IMG/VR virus record: IMGVR_UViG_3300028615_000096
Location: 1 to 56,609 of that record
Origin: a virus
Taxonomy: Duplodnaviria > Caudoviricetes
Strand: one strand, 5' to 3'
DNA length: 56,609 bases
In this document: in pieces, positions 20,105 through 29,471 of the stretch
Position numbering within the stretch: the first letter of the stretch is position 1
How the letters are laid out: every line of letters starts with the position of its first letter
Position numbers and translations under genes: made by a program
The notes under the pieces: model-generated
Database searches by the model: none
Told to the model about the DNA's origin: nothing
What the model saw: the letters and a program-made list of their open reading frames with translations, nothing else

Positions 20105-22720
20105 ATGGCCCTGAACTTCGGCATCGGCTTCGTCATCCGGGCAACGGACCTTGCCTCGGGTGTCCTGCGCCGCGTGACCCGGGGGTTTGGCGCCCTGGGC
20201 GGCTCCGCGCAGCAAGCCAGCGGCGTCGTCGCGGCCGCCGTGGGTCTGATGGGCACCGGCATCGGCGCGCTCACCATCGGGCTGAAGGGCCTCCGCGCGG
20301 CCTTCGGCGCCGCCGTGGAGGCGGGCGAGTTCTCCCAAACAGTCCAATTCTTGGGAGCAATTACGGACAGAACCGGGGAGGCCCTAGGAGAGTTGCGCCA
20401 ACGTGCCGTTGACGCCTCTCTGGCCACCCAATTCAGTCCCACGGAGGCGATCCAGGGCCTCAAGCGGCTGGTCACCGGCGGCTTGAACGCGGCCAAGTCC
20501 ATGGACGCGCTGCAGTCCTCCTTGAACCTCGCAACCATCGGAAACATCTCCGTGGCCAGCGCGTCCACGGCCCTCATCACCGGCCTCAACGCCTTTGGTC
20601 GGGAGGGCCTCTCGGCTGAGCAGATCACCGACCGCTTCGCCAACATCATGGCGAAGACGAACTTCCAGGCCACGGACTTCGAAGCTGGCCTCGCCGTCGC
20701 CGCCGGCACCATGTCCGGGTTCAACCAGACCCTGGACACCACGCTGGTCTCCCTCGGCATGATGCGCAACGCCGGCTTCGTCGCGTCGCGCGCAGCCACC
20801 GCCGTGCGTGAGGCCACGCGCCGCATGGCCGGTAACCAGTCCGTGATGAACCGCCTCACGGAGATGCAGATCGAGCTGTTCGAAGAGGACGGCAAGACCA
20901 TGCGTCAGTTGCCGGACCTGATCTTCGACATCGAGAAGGCGTTCAAGAAGATGACCCCGGCTCAGGCCCAGGTCGCCAAGATGCACATCTTCGGCGCCCG
21001 CGGTGTGGCGGCCTTCAACGTCATGACGCAACAGCAGATCGAGGTCATGCAGGACGGCCAGAAGGTCATGCTGCAGGGCGCGGACGCGGTGCGTCACCTG
21101 ATGCAGACGCAGCTGGAATCCGCCGGCCAAGCGCAGAAAATCCAGGACCGCATCCTCGACACCTTCGAAGGTCAGCGGCGCCTGATCCAGGGTATCGTCC
21201 AGGGCTTCCGCACGGAGCTGGGTGAGGGCCTGGCGCGCTTCCTGAAGCCCGCGGCCAAGCTGGTGAAGGAGTTTGCCGAGGCCGTGGTGCGTGTGATCGG
21301 CGCGTTGCCGCCGCAGGTCAAGAGCGCGGCCGTGGGCCTCTTCGTGCTGGGCTCCGCCATCTTGGCTGTGGCCGGCGCCATGAGCATCTTCGCCGCCATC
21401 GCCGCCATCTCCCTGCCCTTCATGGGTGTGATTTTGCCGCTGGTGGCCGGCATCACGGTGGCCTTCGTCGCCATGCTCCACGCGGCGGTGGCGCTGGCCG
21501 CGGGCGTGGGCCTGCTGGTTGCCCGCTTCTCCAACTTCACGTCTGTGGCCCAGTTCACGGAGACGCTGAGCCGCAAGGCCGGCCTCCTCTTCGACACCCT
21601 CAAGCAGCTGTTCACGCTGGGCGGTGTGAAGCTGGAGCTGATGCAGGAGTTGAAGCGGGCGGGTAACGAGGGCGTGCTACCACTGGCCGTCAAGATCTTT
21701 GGTCTGGTGGAGCGGCTCAAGGACTTCTTTGGTGCACTGATCGGCGTGTTCAAGGGTGCAGCGAAGCACGCGCGGATGTCCGGAATCATCGACCAGCTCG
21801 GTAAGAGCTTCAGCACGGTGGCCGAGATCATCGGGTTCTTCACGGAAGAGAGCAATGACAGTTTGACTAACGTGCAGGCGTGGAAAGTCGCAGGCATGCG
21901 GGTGGGTATCACTTTGGCACGGATGGGCCTCGCGGCGCTGGAGGTGATCCTCCGGATCAAGCAGCTCTCGGACGGCTTCATGAGCGTCTTCGGGCCTGCC
22001 GTCATGATCGTGGTGGACGCGATCAACTTGCTGGTGCGCGGGCTGCTCTGGGTGGCATCGATCTTCACGGGCGGGCTGAGCAACGACGTCGACTTCCATG
22101 CGCAGCGCTGGCAGTTCTTGGGGAAGGTGCTGGGCGCCTTCGCCGCCATCAAGCTGTTCGGCGTGATCGCGGGTTTCGGCCTGGTGAAGGGCATCATCAG
22201 CAAGGTGGCGCTCACCTGGTTGCCCTTCCTGCTCGGCAAGGTGGTGGCGCTGACGCGCGGCATCGGCCTGCTGTCTCTGGTGACCAGCGCGGCCGCGCTG
22301 CCCTTCTTGGCCGTCGCCGCCGCCATTGCTGCAGTGGCCTTTGCCATCCAGCAGGTGATGCAGGCGCTGGACGACCCCAACCAGACGGTTGCGGCCAAGC
22401 TCTTTGGGCTGGGTGAGACTGAGATCGGTGGAGAGTTGGCCGGCGGTGGGCGCCGTGCTGCAGGCCGCGGCATTGGGGCGGGCCTGGAGAAGACCGAGGC
22501 AGATGGAACGGTCACGTCTGCGCGGGAAGCGGCAGCCGCGGGCGCAGGCGGCCCCAACGTGGCTGCTTTGGACGAGGACCAGCTGGGTCAGTTCATGGAG
22601 CTGCTCAGGGCCAATCAGCAGTCCGATGATCGCAGGGGCCGCGACCTGAAGAACACCCTGGAGCGCGTAGTTGCAGCACCCGCCGCCTCCGGCATCTTCG
22701 ACAACCCGGAGCCCTTCTGA
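20105..22720 (+). CDS. Tail tape measure protein
   Basis: 871 aa; [15 protein letters not shown]901-type core; Ala/Gly-rich with hydrophobic segments. Confidence 0.95.
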   Translation: MALNFGIGFVIRATDLASGVLRRVTRGFGALGGSAQQASGVVAAAVGLMGTGIGALTIGLKGLRAAFGAAVEAGEFSQTVQFLGAITDRTGEALGELRQRAVDASLATQFSPTEAIQGLKRLVTGGLNAAKSMDALQSSLNLATIGNISVASASTALITGLNAFGREGLSAEQITDRFANIMAKTNFQATDFEAGLAVAAGTMSGFNQTLDTTLVSLGMMRNAGFVASRAATAVREATRRMAGNQSVMNRLTEMQIELFEEDGKTMRQLPDLIFDIEKAFKKMTPAQAQVAKMHIFGARGVAAFNVMTQQQIEVMQDGQKVMLQGADAVRHLMQTQLESAGQAQKIQDRILDTFEGQRRLIQGIVQGFRTELGEGLARFLKPAAKLVKEFAEAVVRVIGALPPQVKSAAVGLFVLGSAILAVAGAMSIFAAIAAISLPFMGVILPLVAGITVAFVAMLHAAVALAAGVGLLVARFSNFTSVAQFTETLSRKAGLLFDTLKQLFTLGGVKLELMQELKRAGNEGVLPLAVKIFGLVERLKDFFGALIGVFKGAAKHARMSGIIDQLGKSFSTVAEIIGFFTEESNDSLTNVQAWKVAGMRVGITLARMGLAALEVILRIKQLSDGFMSVFGPAVMIVVDAINLLVRGLLWVASIFTGGLSNDVDFHAQRWQFLGKVLGAFAAIKLFGVIAGFGLVKGIISKVALTWLPFLLGKVVALTRGIGLLSLVTSAAALPFLAVAAAIAAVAFAIQQVMQALDDPNQTVAAKLFGLGETEIGGELAGGGRRAAGRGIGAGLEKTEADGTVTSAREAAAAGAGGPNVAALDEDQLGQFMELLRANQQSDDRRGRDLKNTLERVVAAPAASGIFDNPEPF

Positions 22721-23379
22721 TGTCGCTGACTGAGAACGCCATGGCGCCGCGCCCGCCGCGCCTCACCATCGTCAACCTGGACAACCTCCAAACGTTGGAG
22801 GCACAGTTCAACCCGTCGAAGCTCACTGAGCAGTTTGCCGCCAACTGGACGCGCCTCAACGTACCTGGTCTGGGCTACCAGCCGTTGCAGTTCCAGAACA
22901 GCGACAACGCCAAGCTCACCTTCGAGCTGTTCCTCACCACGGCCAGCATCGAGGGGTGGGGCAGCGTGGGCGGTGGTGCGGAACAGACCCCGCCGCAGCT
23001 GGCCCGGCGCCTCCTGGCCTCGTGGACCAAGCCGCGGCAGGTGTCCAACGACATCATCGGCGGCAGCCCGCCTCCGCTGCGGGTGGTGTGGCCTCAGATC
23101 ATCTCCTTCGACTGCGTGCTGCTGCGCGTGGAGCTGGACCACAAGGCGTTCGACCTGCCTGGCAACCTGGGCATTGCGCGCTCCACCGCCCGCATCGAAC
23201 TGGAGGAGATCAGCGACGTGCAGATCACCATGGACTCCTACTTGGATGACGAGTCCCGGTGGGGCGGGTTCAGCCGCGACGTGCTGGACGCGGTGGACGC
23301 TGCGATCGATTCCGTGCGCGTGGGTGATGAATCCTCGTTGTTCTCCGGGCCCTTCATCCCGCCGGACCCCACGAGGTAA
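22720..23379 (+). CDS. Tail tube initiator / baseplate protein
   Basis: AQFNPSKL...VPGLGYQPLQF...PPPLRVVW motifs, follows tape measure. Confidence 0.75.
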   Translation: MSLTENAMAPRPPRLTIVNLDNLQTLEAQFNPSKLTEQFAANWTRLNVPGLGYQPLQFQNSDNAKLTFELFLTTASIEGWGSVGGGAEQTPPQLARRLLASWTKPRQVSNDIIGGSPPPLRVVWPQIISFDCVLLRVELDHKAFDLPGNLGIARSTARIELEEISDVQITMDSYLDDESRWGGFSRDVLDAVDAAIDSVRVGDESSLFSGPFIPPDPTR

Positions 23380-23382
23380 GCC

Positions 23383-23727
23383 ATGCCGCCGCGCCAGTAT
23401 TCACGCCACAGCTTCACCACGGGTCGCAGCAACAGCGCAGAGCAGACGTACATCGACGATCGGATCCCGTACCGCTTCCGTGCGCTCACCGACAACAAGC
23501 AGTACGCGGTTCAGGAGGGCGACAGCTTGTACGCCCTGGCCGCGCGCTACTTCTCCCCGTTGCCCCGGCCGGCGGGCCTCTGGTGGGTGCTTGCTGACTT
23601 CCAGCCGCAACCCATCCACGATCCCACCATCCAGCTCTTGCCTGGCAGCGTATTGGTCATCCCGTCAGTCCGCACCGTCACAGAGTTGATCCTTGGTGAG
23701 GAGCGGCGGGAGGATACGATCTTGTGA
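23383..23727 (+). CDS. LysM-like baseplate protein (tail X)
   Basis: YAVQEGDSLYALAARYF...WWVLADF...LVIP. Confidence 0.8.
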   Translation: MPPRQYSRHSFTTGRSNSAEQTYIDDRIPYRFRALTDNKQYAVQEGDSLYALAARYFSPLPRPAGLWWVLADFQPQPIHDPTIQLLPGSVLVIPSVRTVTELILGEERREDTIL

Positions 23728-25100
23728 GCGACGTCCGCACGCCGATCTTCTACGTCCAGCGCGTGGACAAGGGCAAGACCGCGCGTCTGGACCTGACCAA
23801 CCGCGTCACCGCGTTCGAGTACACGGACAGTGAGCGCAAGCCGGACATGCTGCGCTTGACGGTGGACAACCACGACCTCAGCAACTGGGACGACCCCGTG
23901 TGGGAGCGCGGCACCATCTTGGAGATCCGCTGGGGCTACCCGGACCGGCTGACTCCGGCGCGCCGCGTGGTCATCAAGAGCGTGAAGGGCTTCACGCAGC
24001 TCGAAATCGAAGCCCGTGGGCTGGAGGTCGTGGCGGGCGCGGAGCACAAGAGCCGCGTGTTCCGCAACATGACGCGCGCACAGGTGGTCGACCAGCTTGC
24101 GCGGGAGATCGGTTTCGACAGAGACCAGGACCTCCACATCGAGAACACGGAGAAGGTGTACGAGGAGATCGTACAGGCCCGGCTTACGGACGCGCAGTTC
24201 ATCAGCCGGCTGGCGCACCGCCAAGGCTTCGTCTGGTACGTGGACATCGACGGCTTCCACTGGCACCGGCGCGATCTCAACCAGAAGCCCAACCGCGTGT
24301 TCACCTGGTACAACGTGCCGCGCGGGCTGCCCGGAGAGATCCTCAACTTGAGGATCGAGAACGACGTCACGCGCAAGCCCGGCAGGGTGAAGTCCAGGGG
24401 CTACAACCCGGACGAGAAGGCTCCCGTAGGCGGAGAGGCCACAGACGGCACGGACCCGGAGCAAAAGACCCTCTCGCAGGGCCTGGCCCTCATCGACGCC
24501 AAGACGTTGGAGTTCAACCGCGTGCGTGCCAGCGGGGTGGGCACGGACGGTGAGGTGAAGACGCGCCTGTGCACGGAGGAGACGAACGAGGGGTGTCAGG
24601 AAGACGCACAAGCCAGCCACCGGCGCTTTCAGGAAGTCGCTGTGAAGCTCGTCGGTGACGTGGTGGGCGATCCTCTGCTGCTGGCCAAGACCGTGTTCGA
24701 GTTGCAGAACGCAGGCAAGCGCATCAGCCAGCGCTACTACATTTCCGAGCTGGTACACCGGCTGGACAGCGGCACCGTGTTCGTGTGCAGTCTGCGCGCG
24801 GTCAGCGACGGGTGGGGCGGGCGCAACACGAACAGTAAGGTTGCGCAGGGTCTCGTGCTACTGGAGCCGTTGCAGAAGAAGGAGGGCAAGAAGAACACCG
24901 AACCCACTGATGAAGAGAAGGCGGCACAGGCCAGCTTGCCAGACCGGGGCGCGCCGTTGGATGCTGTGGCCAAGGTGAACGCAGATACCCTGGAGTTCGA
25001 CACCGTGTGGGTGGACGGCCAGGGCCGGCGCGATCCTACTGCGAACCAGAGCGTGCCCCAGCCGCTCGCGAGCCTCCCGGAAGACGTAGGTAACTCGTGA
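23724..25100 (+). CDS. Baseplate hub (late control protein D-like)
   Basis: DMLRLTVDN, WGYP, TDAQFISRLA, GDPLL..K motifs. Confidence 0.85.
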   Translation: MSDVRTPIFYVQRVDKGKTARLDLTNRVTAFEYTDSERKPDMLRLTVDNHDLSNWDDPVWERGTILEIRWGYPDRLTPARRVVIKSVKGFTQLEIEARGLEVVAGAEHKSRVFRNMTRAQVVDQLAREIGFDRDQDLHIENTEKVYEEIVQARLTDAQFISRLAHRQGFVWYVDIDGFHWHRRDLNQKPNRVFTWYNVPRGLPGEILNLRIENDVTRKPGRVKSRGYNPDEKAPVGGEATDGTDPEQKTLSQGLALIDAKTLEFNRVRASGVGTDGEVKTRLCTEETNEGCQEDAQASHRRFQEVAVKLVGDVVGDPLLLAKTVFELQNAGKRISQRYYISELVHRLDSGTVFVCSLRAVSDGWGGRNTNSKVAQGLVLLEPLQKKEGKKNTEPTDEEKAAQASLPDRGAPLDAVAKVNADTLEFDTVWVDGQGRRDPTANQSVPQPLASLPEDVGNS

Positions 25101-25738
25101 CAGCCAGCCCGGAACAGACCCCAGACCCGCAGTTCCTAGCCCTTTACGAGGGGCGTGTGCTGGACAACGCAGACCCCAAGGGACAGGGCCGCATCCGCGC
25201 GATCATTCCCGGGATCTTCGAGGAGGACAGCCCGTGGATGTACCCCATCGGCTCGCCCGGCGGGGGTCAGACGGAGCTGGGGTTCTTCTTCCCGCCCCGC
25301 GTGGGCGCCAACGTGGCCGTCTTCTTCAAGGGTGGCGACACGGACTACCCACGCTACCTCATCGGCACCTGGGCCTACCCCAGCGGAGTCACGGACATCC
25401 CCCGCTTCGCTCGCTTCGACCCACAGGACGACACCACGCCGATCACGGACGAGGAGCGCTACCTGGTCAACGGCATCGAGACGGAGCGCTGGCAGATCAT
25501 CATGGACAACCGGGACGGCAGGCAGAGCCTGATCATCCGGGACAAGAACGGGCTGCCCGACCCCAACAACGAAGGCGGGTTCATCCGGGACGAGATCGAG
25601 ATCGACGGGGCCAACCGTGGAATCCGGATCCAGGCCGTGGCAGGCTTGTCCATCAAGTGCGTGGGCTCGATCAGCATCGACGCCCCTAACATCCGCATCA
25701 ACGGACGCCGTGTAGAGAACTCGTCGAGGACCATTTGA
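25097..25738 (+). CDS. Baseplate spike (gpV / gp5 OB-fold)
   Basis: DNADPKGQGRIR...GFFFPPRVGANVAVFF.GGD..YP. Confidence 0.9.
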   Translation: MTASPEQTPDPQFLALYEGRVLDNADPKGQGRIRAIIPGIFEEDSPWMYPIGSPGGGQTELGFFFPPRVGANVAVFFKGGDTDYPRYLIGTWAYPSGVTDIPRFARFDPQDDTTPITDEERYLVNGIETERWQIIMDNRDGRQSLIIRDKNGLPDPNNEGGFIRDEIEIDGANRGIRIQAVAGLSIKCVGSISIDAPNIRINGRRVENSSRTI

Positions 25739-26475
25739 CCCTGCCTGCCGTAGAGACGCTGTGCGATGCCCTGGACCTGGCGGTCCAGGACCTGTGCATC
25801 ACATTGCCGGGCGGGACCAGCGTGTGCGCCACGCCGGAGCTGCAGACGCCCAACCTCTTCGGACTCGCCAAGACCGGTCTTGGCCAGGCGAACGCGGCGC
25901 TGGCGCCCTTCCAGCCGGTCTTCGACATCATCGAGACCATCAACGCAGTGCTGGACTGCATTCAGGCCATCCCGGACGCCATCGCGTCGGTGCCTCCAGA
26001 TCCCACCGGTTTGGTGGAGTGTGTGCCCAACCTGATCGAGAAGGTGCAGGCGCTGCTGAAGTACATCCCGCAGTTGGCCGTGCCTCAGCTGATCAAGGAC
26101 ATCTTGGGCGCCATCATCGCGCTGCTGCAGGGCATCGTGCAGGAGCTGGCGGCCATTCAGCAGCTGGAGCAGCAAATCCTGGCGGCGAGCGAGTTGGCGG
26201 AGCAGGCGCCCGGACTCTTGGCTGCGCTGGACTGCGCGGGCACCTCCCTCGACAACCAGATCGGCAACCTGGCGCGTGCGATCGGCAGCTTCAACATCCT
26301 GATCGACCTGTTGAACCTGCTGGGCGGCCTGGTAGGGCTCCCGGAGATCCCCTCCTTCGACGGCGGCCTGGGTGACGCCATCCAGCCGGCCATCGACGTG
26401 CTGAACGACGTTATCGATGTGCTGAAGCAACTACGGGACCTCATTCCGGGGTCCGACAACATTCCAGGACTCTGA
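25735..26475 (+). CDS. Helical baseplate-associated protein
   Basis: 246 aa of amphipathic helices; overlaps the spike stop codon. Confidence 0.7.
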   Translation: MTLPAVETLCDALDLAVQDLCITLPGGTSVCATPELQTPNLFGLAKTGLGQANAALAPFQPVFDIIETINAVLDCIQAIPDAIASVPPDPTGLVECVPNLIEKVQALLKYIPQLAVPQLIKDILGAIIALLQGIVQELAAIQQLEQQILAASELAEQAPGLLAALDCAGTSLDNQIGNLARAIGSFNILIDLLNLLGGLVGLPEIPSFDGGLGDAIQPAIDVLNDVIDVLKQLRDLIPGSDNIPGL

Positions 26476-26476
26476 T

Positions 26477-26923
26477 ATGGCAGACGAAGAAGCGGGGAAG
26501 ACAGAGATCGAGGGCATCGACGCGCCCAAAGAACTGCGCCTCGCGCGGTCGCGCGCGCAGGTGAACTACTTCTGGGCCAAGACCATGTACGACGCCGTGG
26601 GGCGTTGCCGCGGGCTGCTCGACAAGCAGTTCGAGGAGTTGGGCGAGGCGGAGTTCGAGGGCAAGTGCACGGCGGAGCAGGCGGAGTACGCGCGCGAACA
26701 CTTGCGCAAGGCTGCGGACAGGTTCGAGGAGCTGGCCGCGGATTTGAAGGAGAAGGCCGAGCTGATGAACAAGCAGCTGGAGGCTGTGGGCCGCCTTCAC
26801 GTTGCCATGGACAAGTTGTCCGAGCTGAGCAACGGCGGCGATCCCATGGGCGGTCTGGCCGCTTTGGCGCAGCGCATCGCTGCCGCGCAGCAACAGCAGG
26901 ACGGCGAGCAGCCTCCCAGCTAG
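26477..26923 (+). CDS. Hypothetical coiled-coil protein
   Basis: 148 aa, Glu/Lys/Ala-rich, in operon. Confidence 0.7.
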   Translation: MADEEAGKTEIEGIDAPKELRLARSRAQVNYFWAKTMYDAVGRCRGLLDKQFEELGEAEFEGKCTAEQAEYAREHLRKAADRFEELAADLKEKAELMNKQLEAVGRLHVAMDKLSELSNGGDPMGGLAALAQRIAAAQQQQDGEQPPS

Positions 26924-26931
26924 TTCGCTTC

Positions 26932-26960
26932 TTGAGGGGCCAGGGCAGGTGCGATAGGCT
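26932..26960 (+). promoter_or_regulatory. Possible sigma70-like internal promoter
   Basis: TTGAGG-17 nt-TAGGCT in one of the few intergenic gaps. Confidence 0.3.
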
Positions 26961-26995
26961 GTAGGCGCTGCGTTTCTGTGCGGCGGTGACCTACA

Positions 26996-28045
26996 ATGGC
27001 GCTACTGTTCTTCGACCCCCTCGATCATTACGCCTCCAACACGGATCTGACGCGTGGCGGCTGGGGTGGCACCGAGACCCCGTCTACGAGCGGCGGGCGG
27101 TTCGGCGGCGGGCACATCCCCATGAGCGGGACCGGTACCGCCAGCATCAACTTCTCCGGATCTGGCACCACGTACTATCTGGCGTTTGCGTTCCGGCAGG
27201 ACACCACCCCCGGATCCACTGCCAGCAACGCGCAGATGGTGGCGTTCAGGCAGAGCAGTGGCGCCAACCTGATTTGCGAGGTACGCAAGACCGCCGCCTT
27301 GGGCTTCAACATCGAGAACGCGACCGGCTCCCAGGTCTTTGCGGGCGCAGCCGGCGCGTACCAGCTCAACACCTGGCACTGGGTCGAGGTGCGCCTGCTT
27401 GTGGACGGCGCCGCCGGACAACTCGAAATCCGTGTGGACGGCGTCCAGGTGGTCAACCTGACCAACCAGGACTTCGACGACGGTGCTGGCGACCTGGACC
27501 AGATCGAGTTTCAGAACGGAACCAACTCCGGCAACTCGCGTATCGACGACGTGGTGGTGTGGGATGGGTCTGCGGAGACGGACAGCCCGTTCGTGAACAA
27601 CTTCCTCGGTGACATGCGGCTCATCGCTGATGTGCCGGATGCGACGACGCAGGAGCAGTGGACGCGCGTGGGTGGCGGAGCGGCCAACCACGAGGCTGTG
27701 GACGACGCGCTGCCTGGCGCGAACGACGGAGACACCACGCACGTTGATGGCGGCGTCGGCGTCGTGTCTGACATCTACAGCTTCCCGGACCTGCCCGGTC
27801 CGGTGAATGCGATCCACGCGGTCGGCAGCATGGTCGAGTTGAAGAAGTCCGACGCCGGTGCTGTGGCGCAGAACGTCAACACCAAGATCACTAGCGGTGT
27901 AGCGCAGGCAACGTCCCCCAACTACACGCTGACCACGGACTACACCATGTTCCGCCACGTGGCGTACCATGATCCGAACACTTCCGCGGACTGGCTCAAG
28001 GCTGCTGCAGACGCGGTGGAGCTAGAGCTGGCTGCAGAGATCTAG
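26996..28045 (+). CDS. Concanavalin/LamG-like lectin virion protein
   Basis: MALLFFDPLDHY start; NTWHWVEVR...LEIRVDGVQV...IDDVVVWD. Confidence 0.75.
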   Translation: MALLFFDPLDHYASNTDLTRGGWGGTETPSTSGGRFGGGHIPMSGTGTASINFSGSGTTYYLAFAFRQDTTPGSTASNAQMVAFRQSSGANLICEVRKTAALGFNIENATGSQVFAGAAGAYQLNTWHWVEVRLLVDGAAGQLEIRVDGVQVVNLTNQDFDDGAGDLDQIEFQNGTNSGNSRIDDVVVWDGSAETDSPFVNNFLGDMRLIADVPDATTQEQWTRVGGGAANHEAVDDALPGANDGDTTHVDGGVGVVSDIYSFPDLPGPVNAIHAVGSMVELKKSDAGAVAQNVNTKITSGVAQATSPNYTLTTDYTMFRHVAYHDPNTSADWLKAAADAVELELAAEI

Positions 28046-28058
28046 GCGGGGGTGACTT

Positions 28059-29471
28059 GTGGCCGAACCCCGCGGGACGCGTGTTTCGAGGGTCACGCTA
28101 GCTGACGCTGAGGCGCACCCACGTACCACGCGCGGTGCCCGCGTAGTCATCGCAGATCAGGCGTCCACGCCTATTGCTACGCGCTCCACCCGCGTCGTCT
28201 TCGTTCAGTTGGCGCCCGTGGTGCAGACGCGCTGGGTGCACCACAACCCGGCCAATTCGTACACGGATACCTTCTACTCAGTCCGCAAGTGCTCTCTCTG
28301 GGTGGTCACCGGAGAGGGTGGTGAGATCCAGACAACAGGCAGCACCCCGTCTTCGTTCACGAAGCGCAACACGGGCCTTGCGAACGACATTCTCAGCTCC
28401 GCGGTGTCCGGGGCCAACCCGCTGCACATCTTCTGCGGCGCCACTAGCGGGCGCTGGTTCCGCAGCCTGAACGGCGGACTGTCTTGGTCCAGTGGCACTT
28501 GGGGTGCAGGCTTTGCCGGTGCCATGCGCGGCGCTGTCTGGGCACCACAAGCCGGAGAGGGCCTGCACGTTGGCGACAGCGGGGAAGTGCAGTCGGCCGC
28601 TGACCTCTTGTTCTACACGCAGCAGCGCACGGCTACTGGTCAGAACCTGAACGCAGTGGACGCGGACGGTGTTGGTGGGCTGGTCGCCGTTGGCGATCTC
28701 GGGTCCTTGTACACGGCGCTGGAGGCCGATCTCACTACGTGGACGCTGCGCTCCTTGCCCGGCAGCCTCACGGACAACCTCACCGGCGTGGCCTACGCTG
28801 CTGCCTTGGACCGCTACGTGGTGGTTGGCGAAGGTGGTGTGGTTCTGACGTCCGACGACAAGGGGCTCACTTGGGATCTGCGGTCCCTGCCCGACGCGGT
28901 CACCACAGACCTTCACGACGTGCGTTGGTCTGCGTCTGCCTTCCAGTTCATTGCCGTGGGCGCCATGGGCGGCATCTACGTGTCCTTCGACGGCATCACC
29001 TGGGTGAAGGAAGAGCCAGACAACCTCTACCTCGGCACCTTCTACGGCTGCGGCATCGACGACACCAACCTCAACGCCATCATCGTGGGCTCGTCTGGCG
29101 AGATTCAGGTTGCCCCGCTGACCGTGCCTGCCGCGCCCACCGTTTCGAACTTCGACCCCCAGATCTCCATCCTCACCCCCACCCTGGGCGCGGGTGTGGG
29201 CACGTCGCGCTGGGACACGTTGCAGTTCGACGTGGTGAGCCAGATTGGCCTGATCACCGTGCTGAAGGTGGAGCTTGTACGATCGTCCGGGCTGGTGGAC
29301 CTGGTTTACGACCAGGCGTCTGGGTTCACCGACGAGTACGCGCTGGGGTCTGGTGTATCCAACATCTCAATGGGTAAGCATCTGGTTGTAGGCCGCCGCG
29401 AGGGGTGGCCGGAGACGCCCGTGCACCTGCGTCTCACGATTGAAGGTCCTTCACCGGCGGTGCTGGCATGA
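28059..29471 (+). CDS. Beta-propeller (BNR/Ycf48-like) fibre protein
   Basis: SLNGGLSW, SDDKGLTW, SFDGITW Asp-box repeats; AVG..G.I blades; C-terminal Ig-like domain. Confidence 0.8.
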   Translation: MAEPRGTRVSRVTLADAEAHPRTTRGARVVIADQASTPIATRSTRVVFVQLAPVVQTRWVHHNPANSYTDTFYSVRKCSLWVVTGEGGEIQTTGSTPSSFTKRNTGLANDILSSAVSGANPLHIFCGATSGRWFRSLNGGLSWSSGTWGAGFAGAMRGAVWAPQAGEGLHVGDSGEVQSAADLLFYTQQRTATGQNLNAVDADGVGGLVAVGDLGSLYTALEADLTTWTLRSLPGSLTDNLTGVAYAAALDRYVVVGEGGVVLTSDDKGLTWDLRSLPDAVTTDLHDVRWSASAFQFIAVGAMGGIYVSFDGITWVKEEPDNLYLGTFYGCGIDDTNLNAIIVGSSGEIQVAPLTVPAAPTVSNFDPQISILTPTLGAGVGTSRWDTLQFDVVSQIGLITVLKVELVRSSGLVDLVYDQASGFTDEYALGSGVSNISMGKHLVVGRREGWPETPVHLRLTIEGPSPAVLA

